DNA of 64,000 nt from Ignavibacteriales bacterium (GTDB taxonomy: Bacteria; Bacillota; Sulfobacillia; JABLXB01). The notes beneath the pieces were generated by a model. It worked only from the letters and a program-made list of their open reading frames with translations. It was not told the origin of the DNA and did no database searches. Shown in pieces: positions 47,167-57,326 of this stretch. How positions within the stretch are numbered: the first letter of the stretch is position 1; the number at the start of each line of letters is the position of its first letter. Made by a program: the position numbers and the translations under genes. The DNA is taken from the NCBI GenBank assembly GCA_050260105.1, contig JBLNBR010000021.1, positions 46,245-110,244 of the forward strand. Reading direction: 5' to 3'.

Positions 47167-47934
47167 GTGATCCTGATTGTCGTCCGCAGGAGCGCCCGCC
47201 TCTGGGCGCTCGTGGTGGTCGCGCTCATCGCCATCGTCGCGGGAGCCGCTCTCGCGGGGCGCCCCTACGGCGTGCCCGTCTCGGGCAAAGTACTGCCCAT
47301 ATATAGGGTGATCACCCCCAATAAGGCCGTGGCGCTCACTTTCGACATCGGCTGGGGTGAGGTGTGCCCGGGCCTCGTTCTCGACGTTCTCAAACAGAAG
47401 GGCCTATCGTGCACGTTCTTCTTGTCAGGTCCCTGGGCCGCGTCTCACCCGGATATTGTGAGGAGGATCGCCGCGGATGGCCACGAGGTGGGCTCCCACG
47501 GCTGGTGGCACGACAACCTCAGCCAGTGTTCAAGGGAGCGAATCGTCGAAAGCCTGCGGAAGACGCGGGAGACGATAACCAACCTGGCCGGCCGCGAGGC
47601 GAAGCTGTTCCGGCCGCCAAACGGGGACTACGACGACGAAGTGGTTCTCACCGCCATGGAGGAGGGATACCACACGATCATCTGGAGCCTGGACTCGCTC
47701 GACTGGAAGAACCCCGGTGTCGACTACATGATAGATAGGCTCCTGACCAGGGCGCAGGCCGGGGACATCATCCTCTGCCACGCCTCCGATAGCGCCAGGG
47801 AGACGTACCTGGCTCTTCCACCGGTCATCGACGGTCTGAGAGCGAACGGCTTCCGCCTGCTGAGACTCTCCGAGTTACTGGCGCTCGCCGGCAACAGGTA
47901 CATCATCCAGCCGCCAAGAGACCTGATACGGTAG
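47167..47934 (+). CDS. polysaccharide deacetylase (NodB homology, PdaA/PdaB-like)
   Basis: ALTFDIGWG…HGWWHDN…LFRPPNGDYD are NodB motifs. N-terminal membrane anchor. Confidence 0.8.
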   Translation: MILIVVRRSARLWALVVVALIAIVAGAALAGRPYGVPVSGKVLPIYRVITPNKAVALTFDIGWGEVCPGLVLDVLKQKGLSCTFFLSGPWAASHPDIVRRIAADGHEVGSHGWWHDNLSQCSRERIVESLRKTRETITNLAGREAKLFRPPNGDYDDEVVLTAMEEGYHTIIWSLDSLDWKNPGVDYMIDRLLTRAQAGDIILCHASDSARETYLALPPVIDGLRANGFRLLRLSELLALAGNRYIIQPPRDLIR

Positions 47935-47945
47935 GGCCGCCGGGC

Positions 47946-49124
47946 CTAGCCGACCCCGAGGCGGCTCAGCATTCTCAAGGCGGGCGTGTACGCCGCCGCC
48001 AGGGCCCGGAAGAGGGTGCGCTCCTCGATGTCTGCGGCCGCCACCACGTCGGCCGAGGCCACGATCGTATCGCCCGCCCAGAGGCTTAACGATCCAAGCC
48101 GCTGCCCCCGGCTCACCGGGGCCCGCACGGGTTTCTCCACGTCAATGTTCATCCTCAACGTCCCGCCCGCGCCCCGTGCGATCACGCCTGACAGATCGGA
48201 AGCGGCGACGGCCTCCACCGCCGGCCTCATGCCCCGCACAACCGGTACTTCGCAGACACTCTCCCCCTTCTCGTATGACCTCACGGCCTCGAAGCTGTTG
48301 AAGGCATATTCGAGGAGGGTTTCCGAATCCGCCCACCTGGAGTCGGCGTGCAACACCACGGCTATGACCCTCATCCCATCCCTCGTCGCCGACGCGCAGA
48401 GGCACTCCCCGGCCGCAGACGTGGTGCCCGTTTTCACCCCGTCGGCCCCCTGGAAACCCCAGAGGAGCCTGTTCGTATTCGCGAGCGGCACATCCCGCAT
48501 CTTGTCGAGTCTCCAAGCGTCCCTCTCCCTTGTGGAAACCAGCGTGGCGAAGTACGGGATCGAGAGGCCGTACCGAGCTATGAGCGCAAGGTCGTATGCC
48601 GTCGTGAGATGGCCCGGCTCGCTGATGCCGTGGGAGTTCACGAATGTCGTGCGCAGAGCGCCGATCTTTCTCGCTTTCTCGTTCATTACCGCGACAAAGG
48701 CCTGTTCACTTTCCGCGAGATGCTCCGCGATGGCCACCGCCGCGTCGTTGCCCGATACTATCATCAAACCTGCAAGGAGGTCCTCCAGCAAGTAGCGGCT
48801 CCCCGGGGACAGCCCCATCGATGAACCCGGAGTATATGCCGCGTTTTGGCTCACCGTGACGACGTCGCCGAGGTAGCCTCGCTCGAGGGCGATGATCGCC
48901 GTCATCATCTTCGTTATGCTCGCGGGGTGCATGGGCCGGTGAGCCCGCTTCTCGTAGAGGACCGCGCCGGACTTGAAGTCCATCACCACGGCCGCGTCGG
49001 CGCTTATGCGGGGGGGCGGCGCGGCCGGGGGGCCCCCGCCACCAGGAGAAGCCGCCGCCACCGGGGCGGCCGCGGCGCCAAAACAAAACGCGGCCACAAC
49101 AACAGCCGCACCGGCCTTCCACAT
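47946..49124 (-). CDS. D-alanyl-D-alanine carboxypeptidase (S11, PBP5/DacF type)
   Basis: Signal peptide, then active-site SITKMMT, SGN and KTG motifs. Confidence 0.85.
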   Translation of the reverse strand: MWKAGAAVVVAAFCFGAAAAPVAAASPGGGGPPAAPPPRISADAAVVMDFKSGAVLYEKRAHRPMHPASITKMMTAIIALERGYLGDVVTVSQNAAYTPGSSMGLSPGSRYLLEDLLAGLMIVSGNDAAVAIAEHLAESEQAFVAVMNEKARKIGALRTTFVNSHGISEPGHLTTAYDLALIARYGLSIPYFATLVSTRERDAWRLDKMRDVPLANTNRLLWGFQGADGVKTGTTSAAGECLCASATRDGMRVIAVVLHADSRWADSETLLEYAFNSFEAVRSYEKGESVCEVPVVRGMRPAVEAVAASDLSGVIARGAGGTLRMNIDVEKPVRAPVSRGQRLGSLSLWAGDTIVASADVVAAADIEERTLFRALAAAYTPALRMLSRLGVG

Positions 49125-49229
49125 CCGAGCACCACCCCGAGCCCTGTCAGCGACTCACCCGCGCCTTCACCAGATCATATTTCCCGCGAGTCCGCTTTAT
49201 TAGGCGCTGGACACAGGGCCGGGGAGGCT

Positions 49230-50243
49230 CTATTCTGTTCTCGAGATCTCCAGGTCCTTGGCGGGACCACCCTCCCGGCCGGCAATGCCGAGGTCGACGC
49301 CGTTGAGGCTCAAGCTCATGGTCCATGGGGCGCCAACGCGGATCACCAGCCGGTCGGTCGCCCGCCATGCCCTCCGCGCCCCGGGTTCGAGGAGCTCCTC
49401 GGCGATCACCTTGCCGTCGGCCTCCACCCTCACCCAGCACGGGCCGTCCTTCACGGAGGCCGAGAGGTCGAGCGCCTCCGCCTTGATGCCGATCACAGTA
49501 AGATACTCGGACCTGTCCTCTCTGGCTATTTCCGGTTCCGCCTCTGCGGGTGGCGCTGGCGGTGGAGCCTGTTGCTCGGGACTGGCCGGCGGGTTTGTTC
49601 CGGGTGGCGGGGCGGGTTGAGACTGCGCTTCCACCGGTGCAGGGGGTCCCGCCGCCGGCGGCGGGACCATGTCGTTCATGATGCGCGTGCTCATTACCAA
49701 CGCAAGGATGGCGGTCAGGAACAGCACGAACGGCAGCCTCCACACCCGGGCGGGCGATCGCGGACGCCGGCGCGCGGGGCTCGGCGCCGGGGCCTCCTGC
49801 GGGGCCGGCGCAGCCTCTACCGGAGCGGCGTCCCGGGGTGGAACGGCCTCTCCAGCGGTGGGAGCGGGGCTTACCGTCGCGGGCGGCTCCGGGGGGGTCT
49901 TCGCCGCCTTGTATTGCCGGACGAGCGCCTGGCCGTCAAGTCCGAGGAAATCCCCGTAGATTTTCAGGAATCCCCGGAAATAAACGTCGCCGGGCGATGA
50001 TGTATCCTCACCGGCTTCCAGCGCTTGGAGATACCTCTTCCGTATCTTGGTTGCAGCCTGGACATCGTCGAGCGACAGGCGGCGGCTCTCACGCCTCGAG
50101 CGGAGGAGGCCTCCGATTTCGGCCGGTCCCCACGGTGCCCCCACGCACTGCTCTGCAGGCGTCTCCCGTCCGGACTCCACCGTCTCGGACGCGCCGTCCG
50201 GGATTATCGTGCCAATCCCCCTGCCTAACCCCCGCTTCGACAT
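49230..50243 (-). CDS. rodZ: cytoskeleton protein RodZ (HTH_XRE, TM, Pro-rich linker, DUF4115)
   Basis: LSLDDVQAATKIRKRYLQALE HTH, TM helix VWRLPFVLFLTAILALVM, Pro/Ala-rich linker and a C-terminal beta domain. The N-terminal start is uncertain. Confidence 0.7.
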   Translation of the reverse strand: MSKRGLGRGIGTIIPDGASETVESGRETPAEQCVGAPWGPAEIGGLLRSRRESRRLSLDDVQAATKIRKRYLQALEAGEDTSSPGDVYFRGFLKIYGDFLGLDGQALVRQYKAAKTPPEPPATVSPAPTAGEAVPPRDAAPVEAAPAPQEAPAPSPARRRPRSPARVWRLPFVLFLTAILALVMSTRIMNDMVPPPAAGPPAPVEAQSQPAPPPGTNPPASPEQQAPPPAPPAEAEPEIAREDRSEYLTVIGIKAEALDLSASVKDGPCWVRVEADGKVIAEELLEPGARRAWRATDRLVIRVGAPWTMSLSLNGVDLGIAGREGGPAKDLEISRTE

Positions 50244-50370
50244 GGCATGTCACTTCCTTCGGCACACTGCTTCGCTTGTGGGATGCCACATTCCTCCCAG
50301 AATTGACGCATTTCGACCCCCGTCCGTTCCAGTCAGGCCCGGTCCATGTGTTGCCGGCCCGGCGCCGGCC

Positions 50371-51702
50371 CTACGGGTAGACCCTGTACAGCATCCGTGG
50401 GAAGGCTATGGTCTCCCTCACGTGCTCGAGCTTGCAGACCCAGGCCACTGTCCTCTCGATTCCCAACCCGAACCCCGAATGCGGCGTCGAACCGAACCTC
50501 CTCAGATCCGCATACCACTTGTATGTCTCCTCTGGCAGGTTATGCTCCTTCATCCGGCGTTCTATCGTCGCCAGATCGTCTATCCTTTCCCCGCCCCCGA
50601 TTATCTCGCCGTACCCTTCGGGCGCGAGCAGGTCCGCCCCGAGCACCACTTCCGGCCTGCGTGGGTCGGGCTTCATGTAGAACGCCTTCATCCCGGCGGG
50701 GAAGTGCGTGACGAACACCGGCTTCTCGAACTGCTCGGATATCGCGGTCTCGTCGGCCGCCCCCAGATCGTCTCCCCACTTGATCTCATGCCCGGCCTTC
50801 CTGAGACGGTCTATTGCCTCGTCGTAGGTTATCCGCGGGAACGGCGGGTCCACCTTCTCGAGCTGTTTCGTGTCCCGCCCCACGGACTCGAGGTCCGCCC
50901 TGTTGTTCGCCAGTACGCTTCTGACAATGTGCGTGATGAGGCCCTCCTGGATCCGCATGTTCTCCTCGAAGTCGCAGAAGGCGGCCTCCGGCTCCACCAT
51001 CCAGAACTCGATGAGGTGCCTCCTCGTCTTCGATTTCTCGGCGCGAAAGGCCGGGCCGAAGCAATAGACCCTGCCCAGGGCCGCTATCGTCGCCTCGTTG
51101 TACAACTGCCCGCTCTGCGCCAGGTACGCCTTCTCATCGAAGTAATTCGTCTCGAAAAGGTTGGTTGTGCCCTCACACGCCGCGGGCGTTAGCACGGGCG
51201 TGTCCACGTTGACGAACTCGTTGGTATCCAGGTACTCGCGGATTGCGCGTATGACTTCCGCCCTGATGCGGAGGATTGCCTGCTGCCTGGGGGCCCTGAT
51301 CCAGAGGTGCCTGTGGTCCATGAGGAAATCAACACCGTGCTCCTTGAGCTTGATGGGATAGTCCTCGGCCATCTGGACGATCTGAAGGCGCTTCAGTTCC
51401 AGTTCATACCCGCCCGGCGCCCTCGACTCCTCCCGCACCAGGCCCCGGACGATAATCGACGATTCCTGCGTCACCTTGTCGCACAGGTTGAAGTCCTCTT
51501 CCGCGACCTGCCCGCGCACCGCCACGGCCTGGGCGAGGCCGCTACCGTCCCTCACGATCAGGAAGTGTATCTTCCCGCTGGACCTCTTGTTGTAGAGCCA
51601 GCCCCTCAGTTCCACCTCTTGGCCCACGTGTTCGTTCAGACGGCGTATCAGCGTTTGCTCCACGCTACGCACCTCCGCTACTTCTCCTTCATCTTCTTCC
51701 AC
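50371..51702 (-). CDS. asnS: asparagine--tRNA ligase
   Basis: N-terminal OB fold ([22 protein letters not shown]) and class II motifs ([14 protein letters not shown]). The ORF track N-terminal 90 codons are Arg/Gly-rich junk. Start at GTG 51702, overlapping the end of the regulator gene. Confidence 0.85.
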   Translation of the reverse strand: MEEDEGEVAEVRSVEQTLIRRLNEHVGQEVELRGWLYNKRSSGKIHFLIVRDGSGLAQAVAVRGQVAEEDFNLCDKVTQESSIIVRGLVREESRAPGGYELELKRLQIVQMAEDYPIKLKEHGVDFLMDHRHLWIRAPRQQAILRIRAEVIRAIREYLDTNEFVNVDTPVLTPAACEGTTNLFETNYFDEKAYLAQSGQLYNEATIAALGRVYCFGPAFRAEKSKTRRHLIEFWMVEPEAAFCDFEENMRIQEGLITHIVRSVLANNRADLESVGRDTKQLEKVDPPFPRITYDEAIDRLRKAGHEIKWGDDLGAADETAISEQFEKPVFVTHFPAGMKAFYMKPDPRRPEVVLGADLLAPEGYGEIIGGGERIDDLATIERRMKEHNLPEETYKWYADLRRFGSTPHSGFGLGIERTVAWVCKLEHVRETIAFPRMLYRVYP

Positions 51703-53576
51703 AGGGTGGTCCTGCTTATCCCAAGCCGCCGCGCCACCTCCGACCTGTTCCCCGCGCACGCTCGATCGTATTGGCCTATGATGTCCATGATCATATCGTC
51801 GAGTGAACCCGCCGTGACGGTTACCTCGGTCAAGGGCCTCTCCTCCGCCTCTCCCTGTGGCGCGATCTCCTCCAATACCATGCGCTCGACGGCGTCCGCC
51901 GGAACGAGCGGCATCGAGCGTATCGCCGCCACAAGGCGCTTTATCAGACCCTCCAGCTCCCGGACGTTCCCGGGCCAATGGTATCTCTTCAGCCTCGCGA
52001 GAGACACGGCGGAAAGCGTAACCTGCTTGGCGCCCCCGAGCAGCCTGCCCGCAATCACATCAAAGAGGGCGGGGATATCGTCCTGGCGTTCCCTCAACGG
52101 CGGGACGTTCAAGCGCATGTCCGCAAGTCTCCAGTAGAGGGCCTCGGAGAATTGAGCCGAGGCGACCATCTGTTTCAAATCCCTGGAACTGGAGGCGATT
52201 ACCCTGGCATCAACGGGCCTGGGCTCCGTCCCCCCGACCCTCCACACAGTCCGGTGCTCTATCGCCGCGGCCACCCTGGTCTGCAACTCTTGCGGCAGGG
52301 CCCATACCTCTTCCAGGAAGACCGTGCCGCCGTGGCATATTTCGAATACGCCGGGGCTCGACTTGCGGGCCGCCGGAAACGCGCCCTTCTCGAAGCCGAA
52401 CAGGCGCCTTTCGAGGGCGTCGGCGGCCAGCCCCTCGCATGAGACGCGGCCGAACGCCCCGGACCGCCTTATGCCCGCGTGGTGGATGGACTGCGCGAGG
52501 ACCTCTTTGCCCGTTCCCCTCTCTCCGCAAATGAGGACGGGGGCGTCCCCCAGGGCGTATCGCTTGGCCCGCTCAACGGCTTTCCTCATGGCGCCGCCCG
52601 TGGCGGGGATATCATCGAATGTGTACACCACCGGTTCCTGTTCGGCGCCTTCCGGAGAAGAGAGCTGGTCCACGAGGCGTTCCGCGGCGCTCACGTCGTA
52701 CAGCACACACACGACGCCCGCATTCTGGCCCTCAGCCTTCCACGGCACAGCCTCTATGCCGACGCGCGACTCTCCCAGCCTGGCTATTCGCAGGCCTGTG
52801 CCCTGCTCGCCCTTCAGTGAGGGGAGCGCAGGGGAGCCGCTGAGGGCTTCCGACGCCGGGCGCCCCACGTCCGCGGGCGTGGCGGCCCCCATGGCCGCCG
52901 CCGCCCGGTTGCACAACCTTATAGTGCCCCTGGGATCGGTGGCGATCACCCCGACCGGCAGCCCGTCGAGCACCTCGGAGTAGTTCACCCTCCGCTCTCC
53001 TGTGTCCCGGCATACCTTCACGAGCTCGTGGCAGTTCTCTATCGCCTGCCTCACCGAGGCCTTCCCCATGCCGATCGCCACGCCCTTCAGGCCCTGGGAC
53101 CTTGCCATGTCCACGGTAACCTGTCCGCCGACCACGACTTCGTATCCGGCCTCCTTGACCTCCGCGAGGACGCGGCGTACCTCCTGCGGCGTGCGCCCGG
53201 GGGTGAACTCCTGGAGTTCGATGTCCATGGATGCGCCAAGCACAGCGGGGTCGAGCACCGAGCCGCCGAAGTGCAGCAGGGCAACGCGTTTCCCAAGTCT
53301 GCGGGCGCCGGCTATGGCCGTCACCACGTCAAGCGGGCCCGGATTGCACACCACGACTGGAAGCGATGTCACGGAGCGCACAGCGTCGGCGAGGAATCCC
53401 CTTGCGATGATCGCCTCAGCGCCCGTCGATTCCGCCTTCCGTACCGCGTGTAACACTTCCTCCGCGCCGGCCTGCAGGACCATGACATCCTCCTGCATCT
53501 CCCGCGCCGTGTCAGATATCAGCGAAAAGAGCGGCCCATCGGGAACAATCGCCGCCAGCCTGGCCACTCGGACCAC
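51678..53576 (-). CDS. sigma54-dependent transcriptional activator with PrpR-type N-terminal domain (PrpR_N-PAS-AAA+-HTH)
   Basis: PrpR_N-like N-terminus, GERGTGKE Walker A, GAFTGA-equivalent EKGAFPAA and a C-terminal Fis-type HTH ([16 protein letters not shown]). Confidence 0.85.
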   Translation of the reverse strand: MVRVARLAAIVPDGPLFSLISDTAREMQEDVMVLQAGAEEVLHAVRKAESTGAEAIIARGFLADAVRSVTSLPVVVCNPGPLDVVTAIAGARRLGKRVALLHFGGSVLDPAVLGASMDIELQEFTPGRTPQEVRRVLAEVKEAGYEVVVGGQVTVDMARSQGLKGVAIGMGKASVRQAIENCHELVKVCRDTGERRVNYSEVLDGLPVGVIATDPRGTIRLCNRAAAAMGAATPADVGRPASEALSGSPALPSLKGEQGTGLRIARLGESRVGIEAVPWKAEGQNAGVVCVLYDVSAAERLVDQLSSPEGAEQEPVVYTFDDIPATGGAMRKAVERAKRYALGDAPVLICGERGTGKEVLAQSIHHAGIRRSGAFGRVSCEGLAADALERRLFGFEKGAFPAARKSSPGVFEICHGGTVFLEEVWALPQELQTRVAAAIEHRTVWRVGGTEPRPVDARVIASSSRDLKQMVASAQFSEALYWRLADMRLNVPPLRERQDDIPALFDVIAGRLLGGAKQVTLSAVSLARLKRYHWPGNVRELEGLIKRLVAAIRSMPLVPADAVERMVLEEIAPQGEAEERPLTEVTVTAGSLDDMIMDIIGQYDRACAGNRSEVARRLGISRTTLWKKMKEK

Positions 53577-53606
53577 CCCCCGTAGCCTTCCTGTCGTTCC
53601 ATTTCT

Positions 53607-54440
53607 TCACACATCCGCCGTTGACCTGCACAACAGGGAGACATCACGGGGCGGTAGAAATCGCTCCACGGCCTCCATTACGCCCGCGGCGTGCGGGTTG
53701 CGCGTGACGTACCTCACCCGCTCCTTCAACTCGGGGCGCGCGTTCGACACCAGGACGCCCGCCCCCGCCACCTGGAGCATGTCCATGTCCGACTCGCTAT
53801 CTCCAACTGCAACGACATCACCGGTGGATACCGATAGCATCCGGCACAGGGTCTTCAGAGCGTTTCCCTTTGAGACGAGGGGGTTCACGAATTCGACGAG
53901 GTGCGGGAGGGTGCGCATCACCCTGGCAATCCCCCGGGAGGCCGCCGAGTACTCCTTCACCGCGCGGGCGGCTTCCTCCGGGGACATCCGGAGGACAATG
54001 TGGGTCGCGTCGCCGCCGCTCACGTGCGAATTCAGGTTTTCAACCACGGTTACGGGGACCCCGAGGGCCCGCGAGTACTTCTCCACGTGTTCGCCCGGGG
54101 TGTCCGTGAGGATGCTGTCGTTCACGAACAGATACCTGCAGTGGTCCCTTCCAACCATCCGGAGTACCGCCCGGGCGGCCTCGGTCCCGAGGGCTAGCCT
54201 GTCAAGGACGGCGCCGCCCGGTGTGCCGATGATCGCGCCACCACCGGCGATGATCGCGCAATCGACCCCTGCCTCCAGGGCCACCCTCCTCGCCGAGGCG
54301 AAGATCCTCCCGGTGGCGATGGAGAACAGGGCGCCCCGTTCCCTTACGGTAGCCACAACTCGCCTCACCGTCTCATCAACGCAGTGCCTGTCGTCCAGCA
54401 GCGTTCCATCAAGGTCTACAATGACGAGTCTCCCTTGCAA
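53607..54440 (-). CDS. Cof-type HAD-IIB phosphatase
   Basis: LVIVDLDGTLL motif I and a C-terminal GDSESDMDML motif. Start at TTG 54440. The ORF track fuses it to ~300 junk codons read antisense to the NlpC/P60 gene. Confidence 0.75.
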   Translation of the reverse strand: MQGRLVIVDLDGTLLDDRHCVDETVRRVVATVRERGALFSIATGRIFASARRVALEAGVDCAIIAGGGAIIGTPGGAVLDRLALGTEAARAVLRMVGRDHCRYLFVNDSILTDTPGEHVEKYSRALGVPVTVVENLNSHVSGGDATHIVLRMSPEEAARAVKEYSAASRGIARVMRTLPHLVEFVNPLVSKGNALKTLCRMLSVSTGDVVAVGDSESDMDMLQVAGAGVLVSNARPELKERVRYVTRNPHAAGVMEAVERFLPPRDVSLLCRSTADV

Positions 54441-54569
54441 GGCCTCTTGCCTCCCATCGAGGCGCAACGCGCCACAACGCCCGAATACCCTGCGTGCTGG
54501 CAGGCAGCATATAGCATTGCAGGATTCTGCCAGGTTCCGTCGAAGACGGGGCTTGTCAGGGGGTGTGTG

Positions 54570-55259
54570 ATGAACACCAGGCGTTTCCTGCTCACAGTGG
54601 CATTCGCCGTTGCCATCGCGGGTTCCTCGCGGACCGCGGGCGCGGCGCCCGCATCCACCGTGCTGAAAAACGGTTCGCGCGGTCCGGCCGTCGTTTCCCT
54701 CCAGGAGGTACTCGCCGGAAAGGGCTATTACGCAGGCAAGGCGGATGGAGTGTTCGGCGCGCGGACAAAGGCGGCGGTCATTGCGTTCCAGAAGGACGCG
54801 GGCCTGGCGCCCGATGGGATTGCGGGACCCCGCACCCTCGAGGCCCTGCGCGGACCGGCGGAACCAAGCAGGGGCCTTCCCTCCGCCGCGATCTCCCGCC
54901 TGATAGAGACGGCCAAAGGCTTCCTCGGCACCAGATATGTGTGGGGTGGTACCACCCCCCGGGGCTTCGACTGCTCGGGGTTTGTATATCACGTGCTGAA
55001 TCTTTGTGGAATCGAGATCCCCCGCGCACTGGAGGACCAGTTCACGCAGGGGGCGGCCGTTCCCCGGAAGGACCTGCGCCCGGGGGACCTCGTGTTCTTC
55101 TCGACCTACAAACCAGGGCCGTCGCACGTCGGGATATACCTCGGCGACGGCACCTTCATCCACGCGAGCTCCGCCCGCAAACAGGTCACCACCACACCCA
55201 TAGACAAATCGTACTACGTCAAGAACTGGGTAGGCGCGCGGCGGCTCGCCCCTAGTTGA
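54570..55259 (+). CDS. NlpC/P60-family peptidoglycan endopeptidase with PG_binding_1 domain
   Basis: Signal peptide MNTRRFLLTVAFAVAIAG, PG-binding repeat, and catalytic Cys/His (FDCSGFVYHV…HVGIY). Confidence 0.8.
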   Translation: MNTRRFLLTVAFAVAIAGSSRTAGAAPASTVLKNGSRGPAVVSLQEVLAGKGYYAGKADGVFGARTKAAVIAFQKDAGLAPDGIAGPRTLEALRGPAEPSRGLPSAAISRLIETAKGFLGTRYVWGGTTPRGFDCSGFVYHVLNLCGIEIPRALEDQFTQGAAVPRKDLRPGDLVFFSTYKPGPSHVGIYLGDGTFIHASSARKQVTTTPIDKSYYVKNWVGARRLAPS

Positions 55260-55284
55260 CCTAATCCGTGTTACGTATACCTCA

Positions 55285-55325
55285 CCCTCCGCGGGCCGGT
55301 CCGGGCCGTGGCGGCCGGCGGAGGG
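55285..55325. terminator. GC-rich hairpin between convergent NlpC/P60 and cobO (possible bidirectional terminator)
   Basis: 8-bp stem CCCTCCGC…GCGGAGGG with a structured ~25-nt loop. There is no U tract on either side. Confidence 0.3.
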
Positions 55326-55339
55326 CATCATTGCGCCGG

Positions 55340-55888
55340 TCAGAATTCGATACCCTCGCGCGCGGGCACACCCTTCCTGTAGTGGTGTTTCACCTCTTTG
55401 ACCTCGCTGATCAGGTCGGCAATCTCCGTGATGGGTTCGGGGGCGCCCCTGCCGGTCAATACAATGTCGACGTGCGCGGGCCGGGACTTGATGAGTTCGA
55501 TCACGTCTTCCACCTTTACCAGCCCGTAGTCGATCGCCACGTTCACCTCGTCGAGGATGACCAACCCGTGACGGCCGCGCCTGACTATTTCCCTCGCGAG
55601 GTCCATTCCCCTGGCCGCGAGGTTCATATCAGCCTCCGACGGGTTCTTCCTGTTCACGAACTCGTCGCGGCCGGAGGGTACTATCGTCAGCTCCTTGAGG
55701 TATTCGCGCGCCGCCTTGCGCTCGCCGTATTCGTTCCCAGGCCCCTTCATGAACTGGATCATGTACACTTCCTTGCCGTGCCCGATGGCGCGCAGCGCGA
55801 GGCCCAGCGCCGCGGTCGTCTTACCCTTACCGTTCCCCGTGTACACGAGGACGAGGCCCCTCTCCTCACTATCCCCGCTCTTCTCCAT
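55340..55888 (-). CDS. cobO: cob(I)yrinic acid a,c-diamide adenosyltransferase (CobO/BtuR family)
   Basis: P-loop TGNGKGKTTAALG and CobO-family length and motifs. Confidence 0.8.
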   Translation of the reverse strand: MEKSGDSEERGLVLVYTGNGKGKTTAALGLALRAIGHGKEVYMIQFMKGPGNEYGERKAAREYLKELTIVPSGRDEFVNRKNPSEADMNLAARGMDLAREIVRRGRHGLVILDEVNVAIDYGLVKVEDVIELIKSRPAHVDIVLTGRGAPEPITEIADLISEVKEVKHHYRKGVPAREGIEF

Positions 55889-55901
55889 CTCCCAGCGCCC
55901 C

Positions 55902-57071
55902 CTAGCTCCTGAAATCCCGCTTCACTCTCTCCATGAACGAACTATCTGCTATCAGGTCGAGGCATGTCATTGCCATCGCCTTCGCCGCCGCCAGCATCGC
56001 CAGGTGGGCCCGCTCCGTGCCCGCGGCCCTGGCGAATTCCTCCGTGTGCCCCGGAATGTCCCCGGATGTGATCGCCACGTACGGGTGTATGGCGGGGAGT
56101 TCCTGGCTGACGTTACCGATGTCCGAAGAGCCGAGCCCGCCCTTGAGCGCCAGCCCGTCGTCCGGCTTCATCCCCAATTCGGTTATGTATTTCCCGAACC
56201 TTCCCGACATGGTGGGGTTGTCCTTGCGTTCGGCGTAGACGAGGCCCAATTCCACCGCCGGCTTGGCGCCGGTCATCATGCCCGCTCCCTGCACACAACG
56301 GCGCACCTTTTCCACCACTTCGTCCAGGCCGGCGCGGTTCTTCGCCCTGACGAGTATCTCAGCCTCGGTATAGTCGGGAACCACGTTGGGCGCCGAGCCA
56401 CCCTTGGTGATGATCCCGTGTATTCTCACGTCTTCCCTCAGGTGTTGCCTGAGTGAGTTTATCCCCGTGAACGTCAGGATCATGGCTTCCAGCGCGTTGA
56501 TCCCCTCGTGAGGCGCTCCCGCCGCGTGCGCCGCCCTCCCTTTGAACGTCACGTAGAGGGAAACAGCAGCCAGCGACGGCCGGAATACCATCGTCCTCGA
56601 GGAAGGATGGACCATCATAGCCGCGTCGATCCCCTTGAATTGACCGTTCTCCAGCATGGTGATCTTACCGCCCGCCGACTCCTCCCCCGGCGTGCCCATC
56701 ACCACAATCGTGCCTGGATGGCTCTCAAGCGCAGCCTTCACGGCCACCCCGGCCCCCACGCCCATCGCGGCGATCAGGTTGTGGCCACATCCGTGCCCCA
56801 CGCCGGGCAGGGCGTCGTACTCACAAAGGACGGCGACGGCCGGCGATCCCCTTCCGTAGGTCGCCTTGAAGGCGGTGGGCATGCCGCCCACACCCTTCTC
56901 CACGCCGAATCCCCTGCTTTCGAGGAACCCGGTCAGCCACTCCACCGCGTTGTGCTCCTCCAGGGAGACCTCGGGATTGTGAAGGATGCGTTCCGACAGC
57001 GCCGTCAATTCCCCCGCCATCGATTCGACGGCTTGAGCCGCGGTTTTCCTCATCTTCTCCAGGTCCGCCAA
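55902..57071 (-). CDS. M20-family amidohydrolase (AbgB / aminobenzoyl-glutamate utilisation-like)
   Basis: GHGCGHN metal site. The start is 13 nt downstream of the preceding stalk-domain ORF. Confidence 0.8.
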   Translation of the reverse strand: MADLEKMRKTAAQAVESMAGELTALSERILHNPEVSLEEHNAVEWLTGFLESRGFGVEKGVGGMPTAFKATYGRGSPAVAVLCEYDALPGVGHGCGHNLIAAMGVGAGVAVKAALESHPGTIVVMGTPGEESAGGKITMLENGQFKGIDAAMMVHPSSRTMVFRPSLAAVSLYVTFKGRAAHAAGAPHEGINALEAMILTFTGINSLRQHLREDVRIHGIITKGGSAPNVVPDYTEAEILVRAKNRAGLDEVVEKVRRCVQGAGMMTGAKPAVELGLVYAERKDNPTMSGRFGKYITELGMKPDDGLALKGGLGSSDIGNVSQELPAIHPYVAITSGDIPGHTEEFARAAGTERAHLAMLAAAKAMAMTCLDLIADSSFMERVKRDFRS

Positions 57072-57083
57072 GCCATTACCACC

Positions 57084-57326
57084 TCACTCGCCGCCTGGGT
57101 CTTCACAGAACCGGACATGGACATTGTACTTCACCGGATCCCATTCGATACCCCCGCCGAGCGCGGCGACAACGGCCGCCGGCTGGACCATCACGCGGTC
57201 GCACACGATGCGCAGGGGCGCGCCCAACGGGATCTCCCTCCCGTTGACGAGGGCCACCGGCGAATCGGCGGCCATGACGACCGACACACCGTCCCTCGTG
57301 CACGACACGCTCCTCGACGCGCCGTC
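57084..57326 (-). pseudogene. in-frame continuation of the PQQ-propeller gene after the amber codon (second stalk domain)
   Basis: Reading through TAG 57327-57329 continues in frame: …GFKVA*DGASRSVSCTRDGVSVVMAADSPVALVNGREIPLGAPLRIVCDRVMVQPAAVVAALGGGIEWDPVKYNVHVRF. This completes the first stalk domain and gives a second one. Confidence 0.5.

Noticed and set aside
51678-51720. T-box leader for asnS
   Set aside because: There is no intergenic space; the asnS start overlaps the upstream regulator gene.
50371-51978. N-terminal 90 codons of the asnS ORF ([18 protein letters not shown]…)
   Set aside because: This is an Arg/Gly-rich run-on upstream of the true start. AsnRS homology begins at ~51700.
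54470-54500. TGGCAGGCAGCATATAGCATTGCAGG as a sigma54 promoter for the HAD or NlpC/P60 genes
   Set aside because: The GG to GC spacing is 13-14 nt rather than 10, so it does not fit the -24/-12 geometry.
53607-55331. 574-aa minus-strand ORF listed by the ORF track
   Set aside because: Only the C-terminal ~277 aa (HAD Cof hydrolase, 53607-54440) are credible. The N-terminal part is an antisense read of the NlpC/P60 gene.
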